Of a stretch of 64,000 bases of DNA, positions 12,369-25,292 are shown piece after piece. Both the position numbers and the translations under genes were made by a program. The notes under the pieces are model-generated. The model saw only the letters and a program-made list of their open reading frames with translations, did not search any database and was not told the origin of the DNA. Numbering within the stretch: position 1 is the stretch's first letter; each line of letters begins with the position of its first letter. Source of the DNA: Vicugna vicugna (taxonomy: Eukaryota); contig MU058636.1 of assembly GCA_013265495.1 (NCBI GenBank), forward strand, positions 1,054,001 to 1,118,000. The letters run 5' to 3'.

Positions 12369-12771
12369 CTTTTAAATTTTAATTTAATTTAATTTTTTAA
12401 TTGAAGTACAGTCAGTTATAATGTGTCAGTTTCTGGTGTACAGCACAGTGTCCCAGTCATTCATATACATACATATATTTGTTTTCATGTTCTTTTTCAT
12501 TAAAGGTTATATGATTACAAGATACTGAATATAGTTCCTTGTGCTATACAGAAGAAACTTGTTTTTTTTAAATTAGTTTTATATATAGTGGCTACCATTT
12601 GCAAATCTCAAACTCCCAAATGTATCCCTTCCCACCTGCTTCCCCCCGGTAACCATAGGATTGTTTACTATGTCTGCGAGTCTGTTTCTGTTTTGTAGAT
12701 GAGTTCATGGTGTCCTTTCTTTCCTTTATATTTAGATTCCACATATGAGTGATATCATACGGTGTTTTTCT
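12369..12771 (-). mobile_element. 5'-truncated L1 3' end with a 15-bp target-site duplication
   Basis: Same family as 10131-10660; AGATTTCTAAAACTT at 12354-12368 and 12772-12786. Confidence 0.88.
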
Positions 12772-12894
12772 AGATTTCTAAAACTTTCGATTCTAGTGTC
12801 AGTAGGAAAAGAGAAAGTCTCACTAAACTGCCTCTCTAATTTGGAGCAAGCAGAGCGAGGGCCGTCATTCTCAGCTGCGCGTTTGTGTCTCTAG

Positions 12895-13052
12895 GAATTC
12901 AGCTGAAGAAGGTGCAGGAGCAGCGGGAGCAGGAGGCCAAGCGCGAGCCGGTGGGCAACGACGTGGCCACCATCCTGTCCAGGCGCATCGCCGTCGAGTA
13001 CAGCGACTCGGACGACGACTCAGAGTTTGACGACAACGACTGGTCCGACTGA
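12895..13052 (+). CDS. WASF3: WASF3 last coding exon, VCA end ([51 protein letters not shown])
   Basis: ctag acceptor ending 12894; LKKV WH2 motif, central helix, acidic tail with conserved Trp; TGA at 13050-13052. Confidence 0.97.
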
Positions 13053-16003
13053 GGGGGCCGGGCCGGGCGCGGGCGGCGTGTTGAGGATGCAAGTGGTCCC
13101 AGCACCCGCGTCGTGGTGTTAAAATCCTGTAGCTTAGCGGCTTTTGTATCGATGATGTGATATTGCTTTTGCACATCCGAGAATTCTGGGTTTTTTCAGT
13201 ATTTACTGTGTAATACTTAAGTGCCACTAAACATAGCAAATCGTGCTGCACATGAGGAAACACGCTGTAACTGTTGCATTGTCCTGACAACAGCCTTTGC
13301 ATCCTTTCTCTTGGCCGTGAAAGTGTTTCGTGCGGGTTGGGTTCACTCCCCTCGGTCACCCTAATTCTGCAGACTTGCTGTGTGTCCTTGAAGCTGCCTG
13401 GTGTCAGGTCTCTGCAAGATTAATGGCTGTGTCAGAGTGATGTCTTCCAGTCAGTGAGGTTGTTTCAACTTTTTTTTTTTTAAAATGCATTTCAGAAGGA
13501 GAGTTTGGTTCTAGAGAGAAAGGTTTGACGAGCAGGAGAGTCCTATCTTTCTGCTTCCATTTCTTGGCCTGGTAAGCTCTGTGAATTTGAGCCTTCTGTT
13601 GAAGAATTGCATTCCCTTTGCTCGCTTGAGAACCGTGGGCTCGGAAGGGCGCTCTCCAGGCAGGAGCCCCTGCGGGCGCTCAGGCGGTCAGTGCTCGCTG
13701 ACCATTTCTGTACGAGGTTTCAGCCGCACAGCAGTCACGAAAGTGGGGAGCCGTCCTTTATCCTCCAGGGGCCGTTGGGGTGACCCTCAGGACACTCGGC
13801 AGCTGGGGGTCCAGCCTGCACAGGCCCGGGTGGTCTGGAGCTGGTTGCAGAGACCCGCACAACCTCTTTCCCAGAGCCGCGTCCCGGGGAAGCCAGCGGA
13901 GGCCTTGGTGCCGCAGAGATGGCTTCCGATGGCACCTCGCTCCACTCAGCCTAAATCCTGAAAGCTTCCATTGAGGTGGGAATAGATTTGGACAGCTTTT
14001 CGCCTTTCCTGGTGCTGTGGCCAACTAGGGCCCCAGCCTTCACTCTGTCCTAGAAGCACACAGGGTGGTGGGCACATGAGACTCGACCGGGTCCCTCAGG
14101 TCAGAGGAGACCCTTAGATGTAGTGCCACCTCCCTCCCCTTTTCCCCGATGTGCTCACCCAGGACCGTGGGCCGGTTTCTGGCCAAGGCTGACCCCTTGC
14201 AAACTCAGGAGTGAGAGCTTAGATTCCGCCATTCTGGAGGAAAGGTAACTGCTTCTTTGGAAGAAGTAAATGCCCCAGGCTTTGAGGTTAGATCTGGCTT
14301 CACAGATGCTCGAGGACACCTGACTCCCTGAGGACATCTCTGGGCCACGTGTCAGACGGACCACGCCTCTTGGTGACTGTCAGTTGTGGGCAGAAATCTG
14401 AAGCCAAAACAGAGCAGTTTGGGAGGATGGTCGGGATGGAAATGGAGCCTGATGGATGGGTTTTGTCAATGAGTTCTCCCATGGGGGTCGCCGGCCCCCG
14501 GTCACGTCTGTGTCCCCAAGGGACGTTTATGGCCTGTAGGAGGTGTGGTCCTTGTACAGAGCTTTCAGAACAGGCTTTTCGTCACTGGGTTTGGATCTCT
14601 GAAAAGCCTCAGGTCCTGCCCCCTTTCCAAGTGCTCACGCCAAGGTATCTGAGTCTTTTCAGCTCAAACCTGCTGTTCCGGCATACGCTTCTTGAGTTTC
14701 TGTTTCTTGGAGCTAGGCACCGTAATTTTATTGACTGTACGTAGTAGTTATCAATGACTTTTTAGTTTCTTTCTTTAATTTCTCTCTCCCTTCTTTTTTC
14801 AACGTGAAGGCCAACTGTGTTGGCATTTTTCTTGGGACTTTTACCAGTTTGAGGAATATTTTGTCTTACAGTATTTTGTCTTTAGTGTCACTTTTGGATT
14901 AAGAATCACCCGTATAATTCTAGAACTTATATTTGATAATGCTGCTTTGGTTTTTTTTTTTTTTGGCCCTTCTGTTCTCAGGATGGAGAGACCACATAAA
15001 GCTATTATCCATGTCAGGATTTCTTCTATTTATATCTTACTACAATAAAATAGTGGCACTTTACTCATAAATATTCATGAGCCTGTTAATTACTGGTTGT
15101 CTTCCTGTAGTTTAATCAACAAGTTGTTTTCAACTTGGTTTTCTGACTAGTGAGAAAGCTTTTTCCCTGATGTATTAGGCAGCCTTTAAAAGAATGGAAA
15201 AGGACTAAAATCCAGCTTAGACTATTTTTTGCAGTATTTTTCTCAACACATTTGATTTATTCTAAAAATGAAATCCAGACTTTTTCTAATATGATATTAC
15301 AGGAAAAGGAAAAAGTGACTATTTTGAATTGCCAGTTTTCATTTTCAGAAAGTATTTACAAAACAAACAGAGATAGACGTTTAAATGCATACTTCATGAC
15401 TATGAATTTTACATTTTAAAGTAGTTACATGTTGTAAAGTCATTTTAAATTGTCCCAGTCCCCCGCCCCAATCCCGTGCATATTTAGTTTTAATTTCTGA
15501 CAAGCTTTTTCTTCATGTCATAGGTCAGGCAGAGGGGCTGAGGTTCCTCAGGACCGCACATTAACCGCACACACAGGACGTGGTTGATTTCCCATTGTTA
15601 GCGCCAAACTGTAAGATTTGGTCACTTAGGTTTTTCTTTGGTGAAAGTACACTGTTGGAGAATTAGCGTCTTCATTTCAGTAAATTTTTAGAGTATCAAA
15701 AGCTTTTCTGAGCACCAAGTGGCTAGGTTGTGAACGTTTTGTAATAATTTGCAGCTGAAATACACAGTCCATTTTAATTCATTGAAGACTCGTGGGAATG
15801 TATCATCCAGGTAGCAAGTAATTTTTGTTTTCCAAAGCGGAGTCTCTGTCTGTCATCCTGCAGTATTACCAATGCTGTTGTAAATTGAATTTAAAGTGGT
15901 ATTAAAACAAAAACCTCCTGGTAAACAATTTTTATCTGTTTGTATATCTTACTATAGATTATGTACAAGTAACATCTAAATAAAATTACACTTTTAACCC
16001 TAA
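13053..16003 (+). other. WASF3: WASF3 3' UTR
   Basis: Follows the stop; repeat-poor with a U-rich distal part; ends after AATAAA at 15979-15984; exact cleavage site estimated. Confidence 0.75.
15979..15984 (+). terminator. WASF3: Likely main WASF3 polyadenylation signal AATAAA
   Basis: Upstream TGTA motifs (15879, 15941, 15962), ATTAAA at 15901, downstream GT-rich tract at ~16026-16040; another AATAAA at 15044-15049. Confidence 0.7.
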
Positions 16004-17877
16004 GCACTTTGGCTTACTTGTAACAGTGTTGTCAGTTTAACCGTCTTTAGGGGGGAGAGGTTGGGGATGGGACGCGATTTTTAATTAGCATTTCCATTAT
16101 TAGATAACAAAGATGCCTTTCTGATTTCCATTGAAATTTCTACACAGTTGTTGAGTAACCACGAGTTCAGGTTGGAGTCTGTACGTGACTTGGGAAAGCA
16201 CTGGTGGTGTTAGAAAGAAAAAGAGCCATTCCCGGAGCGGAAAGCAGTGCCTCCAAGACAGGTGTCTTGACCACATCTAGTCTCAATCATAGTGACTAAT
16301 ACTGCGTAGCACTGATGACTCCTGAGATGCTTCCACTTGCTCCGTAATAGTGTCCTTTAGAAGGGGCATTCTCTGTCCTGTATGTGAGGGGACAAGAGTG
16401 GAGCGGAGGCACCAACTCAGGAAAGGGCCTGGGTGGACATGAACCACACGTGGGGGCAGCGGTGCAGGGGGGTGAGGGAGGGGAGCTTGGGGAGGGGAGG
16501 GTGGCCGCCTTAGGGAAAGCAGGCCGGCGGCGCCCAGAGCCGCTGCCCCGAGGCGCCCGCGCGCGCGCGCTGTGCTCCGTGTGCGCCGCCTCCGTCCTCG
16601 TGCCCCGAGCGCTCCGCCCAGCCCTGTCGGCTCCGCGGGGACCGTCTGCTTGGGCAGCGATTAGACGAATGATGGATTTCTGAGTTACCTTTCTGCCAGA
16701 GGTTAATTGTGTGCAGTTGTGAAAATATGAAGCATTTTGCCACGTGCCCTGTATTTCCTCCGTACTAGTACTGGTCCCCTGGCGCACGGCTCCCACCTCG
16801 TTTGGGTGTGCTCCCCGAAGACTGAGACGGTCGAGTGCAGTAACCCGTGCAAAGCACATAGAACGGCCGGCTCTTCCCACTGCCCTTGCAGTGGGCAACG
16901 GCAGAACGCCTGTCAGCTCTTTGAGCTTAGCCTAATGACAGAACGTTGTCAGCTCTTTGAGCTCAGCCAGGCTGCTCGGAGTGTGCTGGTGCCTGGCTGT
17001 GTGATCAACCAGAGATTCGAGCAGTTTTATGCAGAATGTCGGGGTCCCCTCTCTGGCTCTCCTTTCTAGGACCCTCCCTCACTTTCTGTGCGCTCTGATC
17101 ACTCTGCACTTGGTCCTCTTATTTTTTAAGCCAGTGAGGCTGTGGGCTTTCTACTCAAGTTGAGCTGCCCTGCTCGGCAGGACAGCCTATCCCCAGACAA
17201 AAAAGCTATTAAAAAACAGGAAAGGCACCAAACTCTTTTCCTTCCAGACATCAGCTTTCTGTAGCATCTTTCTGTTTCTGATTTGTCTCCACTGCCTTCA
17301 GTAGTCATGAGGTATATTTTGTCCAGTTTATAATTGTCTTCTGTAAAGAACTGGTCTGGAACGAGTTAGTCCTCCGTTCCCAGGACTCATTCTATAAATA
17401 TGTGATGCAATGTTTTTGTTTTTGTTTTTTTATTTTAAAATGTAATTTGTAAAACCAGAGACTGTTGTTGAATACCAAATTGTAACAGAAGACCAATGTT
17501 TCGATTTTTCTGCCAGGCGAAATTGTTTTTGCCAGGACCCTGCAATAAACTTGCGGTATCTTTATTTATTAAGTGGTGTAGAACAGTTGCATGCATGCTG
17601 TGCTCTGAAGTACTTGCTGTTTGCCTCTCCTTGTGTCTGTGAATCAGGATATTCTCTCAACGGTGCGAGCAACAGTAGGTAAATAATGTGGCGATTGAGA
17701 CTAGCAAATCGCCAGCCTTAACCCCAGTCTCAAATTTTCATGTTCACCCAATAACATTAATGTTTTCACTGAGTGTTAGAAATGTAAATTCTATTATTGG
17801 GGGTTCATTTGAAAAAATGGTTTCACTACCTCAAAGTTTGAAAACCACCACTTCACATTACTATCTGATTTTCTTTA

Positions 17878-18090
17878 AAAAAAATTTTTTTTGAAGTGTA
17901 GTTGATTTACAATGTTAGTACAGCACAGTGATTCAGTTACACATATATATACATACATATTTTTTTCTTTCAGATTCTCTTCCATTATGTCATAAGAAAT
18001 TGAATATCATTCCCTGTGCTCTACAGTAGGTCCTCGTTGTTCATCTATTTTATGTATAGTAATATGTGTCTGTTAATCCCCAACCCCTAA
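17878..18090 (-). mobile_element. L1 3' end fragment
   Basis: TTGAAGTGTAGTTGATTTACAATG...TTCCCTGTGCTCTACAGTAGG. Confidence 0.8.
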
Positions 18091-19224
18091 GATAAGATTT
18101 TCTTATATTTTTAAAAATTTTCTTTAAACCAAGAAGTATTCACACTGTCACAGCACATTGTACTGTGCTCTGATTTCGTATTCTGCAAGGGCAGCGCAGA
18201 TGCAGAGGTCAGAACATGAGGAGACTTACATATTGCATTTGGAGGTGTGAGCAACTTGCAGAAGTATCTTGACAGGGGCTTAGATGATAACAAGTGACTT
18301 GCTTTCCAAGTACAGTTTCTCCCCAGCTCTGACACCTGCTGGACATTTGCCAAAACACAATCGCTCTGTTGGGAATTATTTGCATATGGCTTCTTTCTAA
18401 ATCCCCCACCGCATTCATCCTGCTCACGTGTGACTTGAGTAATTAGCTTTGAATACAGCACCATGATTAGTCAGAGGTGGGGATTTGGTAGATAATTTAC
18501 CGTGAAGAAAAAAATGAAGAAAATATGGCCTTTGAGAGTAATTTAAAACGTACCAAGTGGTACTTACCACGAAGTGACGTTTCAAAGCATTTGATGTTCT
18601 AGGACGTGCGTCGCCTGTTTTGGCCTAAAACCAGTTGAAATAGAAGTCAGGCGATTTGCGGCCGTGTAGTGTAACTGGGTGTCTGTGGACGAGAGGTTGC
18701 CTTTTGTGACTGCGTGACTGTGGCTCCAAATGTCCCCTCTTGAAATCAACTTTACCATCTTGATAATTAAGTTAGGGTGTTAACTTTCAGCTCCTTCGAA
18801 ATGTCTTTTAATATTTCCAAGACCTAGGCATTCGTTTGATTTGCAAATTAGAGATTTTCAAGGGCGTGTGCATTGAGGCAGATCCGCACAGTAGTCACTA
18901 TGGGGAATCTATGTCGAGACCCCCTGGATCCCCCCTGCCCCGCCCTGAGCACCTCCCCACACCCCACCCACCCCTCCAGCTGCCAGGAGTGCCTCCTTCC
19001 TCTCTTCCCCCACTGCATCCATTCCTTGCCCAGCCAGCCCATGCCACACTGGGTTTTGCAACACCACTGGGGGCACAGAAGCCCAAAGAAGTTAACAGAG
19101 GGGTTAGGACAGTGCATCTGAGCTGAGATGCCCCTGGACACTGGGGGAGGAGCCAGGCCAGTGTCCCCTTCACTGCCTTACCAGGTGAGTAAGTTTTCTC
19201 CAGGGGCAGGTCCACACCACCCAT

Positions 19225-19368
19225 AGCAGAGTTACCTGAGATGCGTGTTAAAACAGATTTCTGGGCCCCGTCGCAAACCTACTGAATCAAACCTTGAGCA
19301 TGAGACCCTGGAGTCCACAGTTTATCCTGTCACGAGGAGTGATTCTCAGGAACACTGAAGTTCAAGGA
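19225..19368. mobile_element. MER5-like hAT DNA transposon relic
   Basis: CAGATTTCTGGGCCCC...ACCTACTGAATCA...GTGATTCT...CACTGAAGTT. Confidence 0.55.
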
Positions 19369-22300
19369 ACAGCAGCTCGGCACCTGCCCTGACATGGTCG
19401 GTCCACTGGAACCCAGAGATGCCACCTGCAGTGATCTGGGCTGTCGGTCAGCCGACAGGCACCAAAAGGACTCCACGCTGGGTCCCAGTCCTCAGCACAG
19501 GCTGGAGCTGTCTGCCACTCTGGTGCCTGGTAGGGGCAAATGTGCACCCTTGGTGCCTGCAGGCATGAGCTGAGTCACCACCCGGCGATCTTCATCTTTG
19601 GACCTCAGGTGCAGGAGTGCAGACTCACCACCCTTAATCTCACACCTGGTGGCCCCCTTCCATGTTCCTTTCAGAGCGGCTGTCCCTTCATTTCCAGACC
19701 TGCCTGCTGATGGGCCCCGCCCCCCGCTGCTCGCTTGCTTGTATCCTTGGGCCTTGGCTGCACAAAGCACCTGCAGCAGGCTGTTTAGGAGCCCCTTTCA
19801 GCTCTTGTCCTCAGTCCCTGGGGAGGAGGAACGCTGGGGCCTGAGCCTTGCCGGCAGGCTGTCCCCATTGATGTCACTCACTGGACAGGCCCTCATCCTT
19901 CCGTGGCTTGGGAGGTGTTTGTCTGATTTTCTGCTGTTTCTGCCACCGTTGGTCCCTGGAGGGGGAACAGGTGTGATGCACGTGGTGAGTGAATTAGCCC
20001 CGATCCCCAGGACCTCTCCTGGAGGTGTGAGCCCCGGGCTCTTACAAGTTCCCTTGTCTTCCTTCGTGGCCCCGGTCTCCTTCCCCTGTCCCTCCCCTGG
20101 TCTGTTTGCTCACTGTGTCCCTCACCCCCCTGCTCCTGGCTGCACCAGCATCGGGGTGGGTGAGGCACTGAATGATGCTCAGGGCTCTGCCCCTTGGCCC
20201 TGCTGGGACAGGCAGCATCCAAAGTGGCATCAAGGAAAGCAAAGTCCTTCCGTGATTTTCTCTGGGCCATGCGTCTTACAAAGATGCTCTTGTGGGGCTG
20301 GCAGTGGTCTGTCAGGGGGGAAGGAGCCTGCCTCTCCCGACGTGCAGTCAGTCTGCTGAGCTGACGTGAGCAGGCGGGTCCTAACCAGTCCTGGTGTAGG
20401 GGGGCAACCTAGGGTGTCCTTTCCCATTTAGTAACTGACTTTAAACAGGAAACAGAGTAAACGCTGAGTCGGCCTCATACCTAGTAACACAGTTATCTGC
20501 CCTCTGCTAAGAGAATGATTTCTACCCTGGTAGGCCCTCGACCTCGCCATGAGAAAGGCCGGCATGCGTTCAGCCCGGGGGCCCCGGGAGCCTGCCCTGC
20601 CCTCCCGGCCCTGCCCGCTGCACCCATTCCCAGTCTCGCGCCGAAGGAGGGAGCAGCACTGCTCTGACTCCTGGTGAGAAAGCAGTCTTGAAAGTAGGTT
20701 AGCACAAGTGCCTGCCTGCAGAACTGGAGAGGGCGGGGGCGGGGCTCTCCAGGTTCCAGGTCCCCAGCAGTGTTAGTGAGGGACCGGCAGGAGGCCAGCC
20801 AGGGCGAGGAAAGGAGGACAGTCCCTCCCCTCTGTGGCCTGGGGCCACCAACAGAGGGGCCAGGGCCAGTCCAGCATCCCACTTAGTCCAGCAGAAAGTG
20901 GCACAAAGGTGGGTCCTGGTGGAGAGGGCGCTTGGGGCCTGACACTCGGGCTGCTCCCCTCGGCACAGGCAATGTGTGAGAAGCAGTGGCTGTGTCCCCA
21001 AGGGCCAGGACGTGTCAGCTGAAAAAAAAACAAGCGTGGCTCGTGACCCTGGCGGCATTAGTGCTGTCTCAGACCGACCCATCTCTGCTGGGAGTGTGGC
21101 CCAAACGCCTGGGTTTCCCGTGGACTCTGGCACATGCTTGTCCCCTGTGCCGGGCCCCAGACTCACACTGCTGCATGAACTGTCTGATGTAACACAGTGG
21201 TCCTGGGCAGCGGGAACTCTGACCCACTTCATAGGTGAGAACACTGAGGCCACGTGACCTGCCTAGGGTCATAGGACTGAGGCTCAAACCCGGCCTCCCA
21301 CCTCGGCACACCCCTCCCAGGCGCTTGGAGGAATCTGCAGGAGGACCCAGTGGGCAGCTCATGGGCCTTCCCCATGGCTGTGCCTCGGAGCTGAGGCAGG
21401 ACTACGAGGTGGGAAGTGAGGAGTTAGGGCCCAAACGGACCCCAGAAGCGGATGAGTCCCTGCAAGCGACAACATGGCTTCTTAATAGTAGGTGGCAGGG
21501 CTCAGCCCAAGAGGCCTGCTGGTCCCCTAACTGGGACTAAAAGCAAATTGATAAACATTCAGAGACGTTGTGTTGCTTCCTGGAACTGTCCCTGACTCCA
21601 GCAGCCCCTGAGCTCCACCCTGGATCTCCGTGGTTGAGGTGAACATCCACCCAGATGGGATAGGGGTCCATGCACCCACCTCACTCGATTTTCTGGGAAG
21701 TTTCCACGCAGTGGAATCATCCTGACATCAAAGCTGCATTGTCAAAACGTCATGCTTTTGGCCCGGCCAACGTTTGAGAAGCAGCATCTGGGGAGGCAGG
21801 GAACTAGGGGGTACCTGCCCGGGGAAGAAGGCTGGACACTCAGCCTGACCCACGCGCCCGTGCATGGGGTTCTGCCTGGGTGCGACGCCTGCCGCGCACG
21901 GATGGTGCTCTAGGCCAGGCGCAGCGGATGCGCAGGAAGACAGGAGGTGGGGGTTCTGGGGGCCAGCACGGCGGGAGAACAGTGGGTGGGGATGTCAGCG
22001 AACTGGCATCTGTGCGAAGGATGACCTAAGAGCAGGCCTGCATCATAGGATGTGAGGTTCCGCAAACATCCTTGAGGAGGGATGGATGCAGAGTGGGTGC
22101 CGCTGCCCCCGGGATGCCACGCCCGGAGCCAGATAGCCCCGTGGGGGCGCACTGTCCCGGGGGCGCTGGAGGTGACGGAAGGCTCTGCACGCGGGAGGGC
22201 GGGCCCCCGCGCCGCTGCCCCCTGGAATCACCTGGGCGGGAACCTGCGCGGGTTCGGCATCCGCTCGCTCGGCCTCTGTCCCTCCGAGCACCGCCCGTTC

Positions 22301-23079
22301 TCCGGGGCTGAGCAAGCCCCGGCGTTTGGGGGCTTAACACTGAGACCGTTTGAGAATCTGCCTTTGAAGGAACCGCATCAAGCCCCCGAGGCCCCTGAAG
22401 AGGACAGGCCGGTTCTGAGTTCCGGGCCTGTGGTTCTGGGCGGACTCTCCACGGAGAGCCGACTCCCCCTGAACTGAAGAGCCGGAGGGACGAGAGCTGC
22501 GGTCCGGCCTCGCCTCTGCCACCCACCAAGGCAGCGACGTGCGGCGTGACCCGCAGCGCTGGACGGGCTGCAGGGAGCGCCCGGCCTCCCTCTGCGAAAG
22601 CGAGCGTCCCGGCGCCGAGCGGCCTCCCGCGGGCGCCGCCCTGCGCTGCGCTGGGGAAGCGCCGCCCCCCAGTGGCCAGATGGCTGAGCGTTTCCCGGGA
22701 GACCAGCTTCACTCCTGCTACTCATCCGCTCATCCATCCGCTCCCCGTTCTTCAACCCGTCTCATTCCTTCATCAAACAAATACGTGTTTCTCGTGCACC
22801 GCTGTAGAGAGCGAATTGGGCCACATTCTCCAAAGGGCAATTAGCAAACATCTATCAGAATTAAAACTGTACATTTAATGAGCAAATCCAAATTGAGACT
22901 GGATTTTCCAGAAGTCGAAGGACAGTATTTCTGGGCCCACATTCTCCTCCAGACCTTTGCCCCCTCAGTGTTCACAGGTGGATTCTCTTTCCCTCCCCTT
23001 AGAGCTGGGTGGGATCTGGGGGCTGCCTTGCTGCAGGCCTGACTTTCAAGGCGAGATCTCAAGGGCCTGGCTCTCTCTC

Positions 23080-23378
23080 AGAATAGCCACCATGTTGTAC
23101 CCAGGCCACCTGAGGGGCCACATGCAAAGTCTGGTCCCAGCCACAATCTCAGCCAGCGGCCAACATCACCTGACAGCCCCATGAGTGGGCGAGACCTCTT
23201 CCAAGGACTCGAGTCCCCCATTGAACTGCCACAGTTGGTGCCCGCCGGAGCAGGGACGTCCCTCCGCACTGAGCGCTGCTTGCCAAAATAGCAGACTTGT
23301 GAGCAAAAATAAACGTCATCATCGGTTTAGGTTCCTCAGATTCGCGGTCATTTGTTAAACACCCTTAGTAACCAAGAC
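23080..23378 (+). mobile_element. MLT1-type (MaLR) LTR relic
   Basis: GCAGACTTGTGAGCAAAAATAAA...GGTCATTTGTTA...GTAACC, a typical MLT1 3' end. Confidence 0.55.
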
Positions 23379-23394
23379 AGATTCTCGTAACTGG

Positions 23395-25060
23395 GACAGA
23401 GAAGTGTTTCAGACTTATTTGCACATGTGCCAAATGACATATTCACCACAGCATGGTTTGAAATAACAAGATTGGAGACAACCAACTGTTCTGTCAACAG
23501 AACACTGACTCAGTCATAGTATATCCACAATGGAATACCTGCAACTGTACAAAGGACAAAGATGTTTCAAATGGATTCATATGGTTTTCAAGACACATCA
23601 TTAAATTGAAGAAACAAAGAACAGGAAAATGTGCCTATGTGCTATCCATTAGCTAAAATGAAGAGAAAATAATATATGTCTTTATTTATATGTGCATGAA
23701 ATATTTCTGACGGAAGCCAAAGGAAGGTGACAGCAATATCTCGGAGGGCACCCGAGTATCTCGGGGCAGCGGGGAGGGGGACCGTCTGCTCTATACTCTT
23801 TCAGTATCTGTACATTTTGTAACCAAGTGACTGCTCCCTGCCTACAAAATTGACCAATTATTTTTAAAAGTATAAAGGCCTTTTGATGTGCCAGACATTG
23901 TGATAGAGAGACGAAAGACAGCTCCTGCTCACCATCATAAAAGTCACCTTATTGTTCCACTGTCAAGGCCAATGGTAAAGCAAAAGGGTAAAGCGTAAGG
24001 GTCTAGATTCAGGCTGCTGGGGTTCAAATCCTGCCTCTGCCCCGTGACCTTGGGCAAGACACTCAAATGACCAATTCTTTAGTATCCCCCTCAGTGCAGT
24101 GGGGAGGGATAGTGTCTTCAGTTCAAACTATTTGCCAGTTTGTATGTGTGAGTTATTTAGAAAGGCTCGTTTCTAGACATGTGAGGACCTGGGTTTTTTG
24201 GTTTGTTTTTGATCTCTAGCTCTATTGCATGGAGTTCTAGAACATGTTTTTCATGATTTTATGCATGCTTTGTATGCAATTTGATGAGATTTACTTTAGG
24301 ACCCAGGATATGGCAAATTTTGGAAACTAATGTGTGTATGAGGTTATTGGTGGCAATGTTTTATCTTTGCTCATTGATTCAAGGTTTTTCTATGTTCAAG
24401 TCTTCCATATCGTTACTGATTTTTTTAAATCACTAAGAGGATGTGCTTAAAATACCCCACGAAGAATTTGGACTAGTGTCTGTTCTTTTTTGTAGTTCTG
24501 TTAAACTTTCCTTCACATGTTTTGATGCGCGTTATTAGGGTTTGTAATTTCATGCCTGTTTATATAATGCCTCCTCTGCACACACATGCCAGGCGTGTTC
24601 TGGGTGCTTTAAATATATGCCAGTTCTGTTATCCTTTCAACCACCGTACGTGAGGTAGGTACTCTTTGTATCCCATTTACATGTGGAAACTGAAAAATAC
24701 AGAAACTACGTAATTTGCTGAAGATTATGCATCCAGGGAGGAGCCAAGCTGAGATTCGAGCAGGCCGCCTCTGCAGGCCGTTCGTGGAGCCACACTTTCA
24801 CATCACTGTAGTGAATAAGCTGCTATCATGGCATGAGCTTCCTGCTGGTACTTCCTTTTGCCTTAAATCTATTTGTCTAATATGAACAATACTCCACTGG
24901 CTTTCTTTTGATTAACATCTTCTTGGTGTATCTTTTTCTGTCCTTTTATTTTCAACCTTCTGTATTCCTATGTCTTAGATATGCCTTTTGTTAGCAAACA
25001 TATTTGGATTTTTTCCCCTCATTCTGACAGTTTATGTGTTTTAATTGGAAAAACGTTGAT
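23395..25060. mobile_element. Cluster of old L1M fragments interleaved with MIR elements (~24000-24120, ~24590-24780)
   Basis: L1 3' motifs (ATATCCACAATGGAATAC), antisense ORF2-like text, MIR core GGTTCAAATCCTGCCTCTGCC...GTGACCTTGGGCAAG. Confidence 0.55.
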
Positions 25061-25292
25061 GGGCCATTACGCTAAGAATCACAACAGGAGACTTTAACTT
25101 ATCAAAGTCTAAAGTTAATCCATAGTCTCCCCTAGTGGCAATAAAAATACTTGCTTTCTGACAGACACACAGACCCGTCAGAGCCCAGAGTGGCCAGTTC
25201 ACTTGGGATGAGGTGCAGGTGCGTGCTGCCGGGTGCCAGCCCTGTCTTCCATGCCCCTGGGACAATCAGAAGGTCTTCACAGCACGCACCCC

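Noticed and set aside
12871..13359. Minus-strand ORFs over the last WASF3 exon
   Set aside because: Antisense to the real coding exon; no independent support
19598..22878. ORFs of 184-253 aa in GC-rich intergenic DNA
   Set aside because: Mostly non-ATG starts, low-complexity composition, no domain or exon structure
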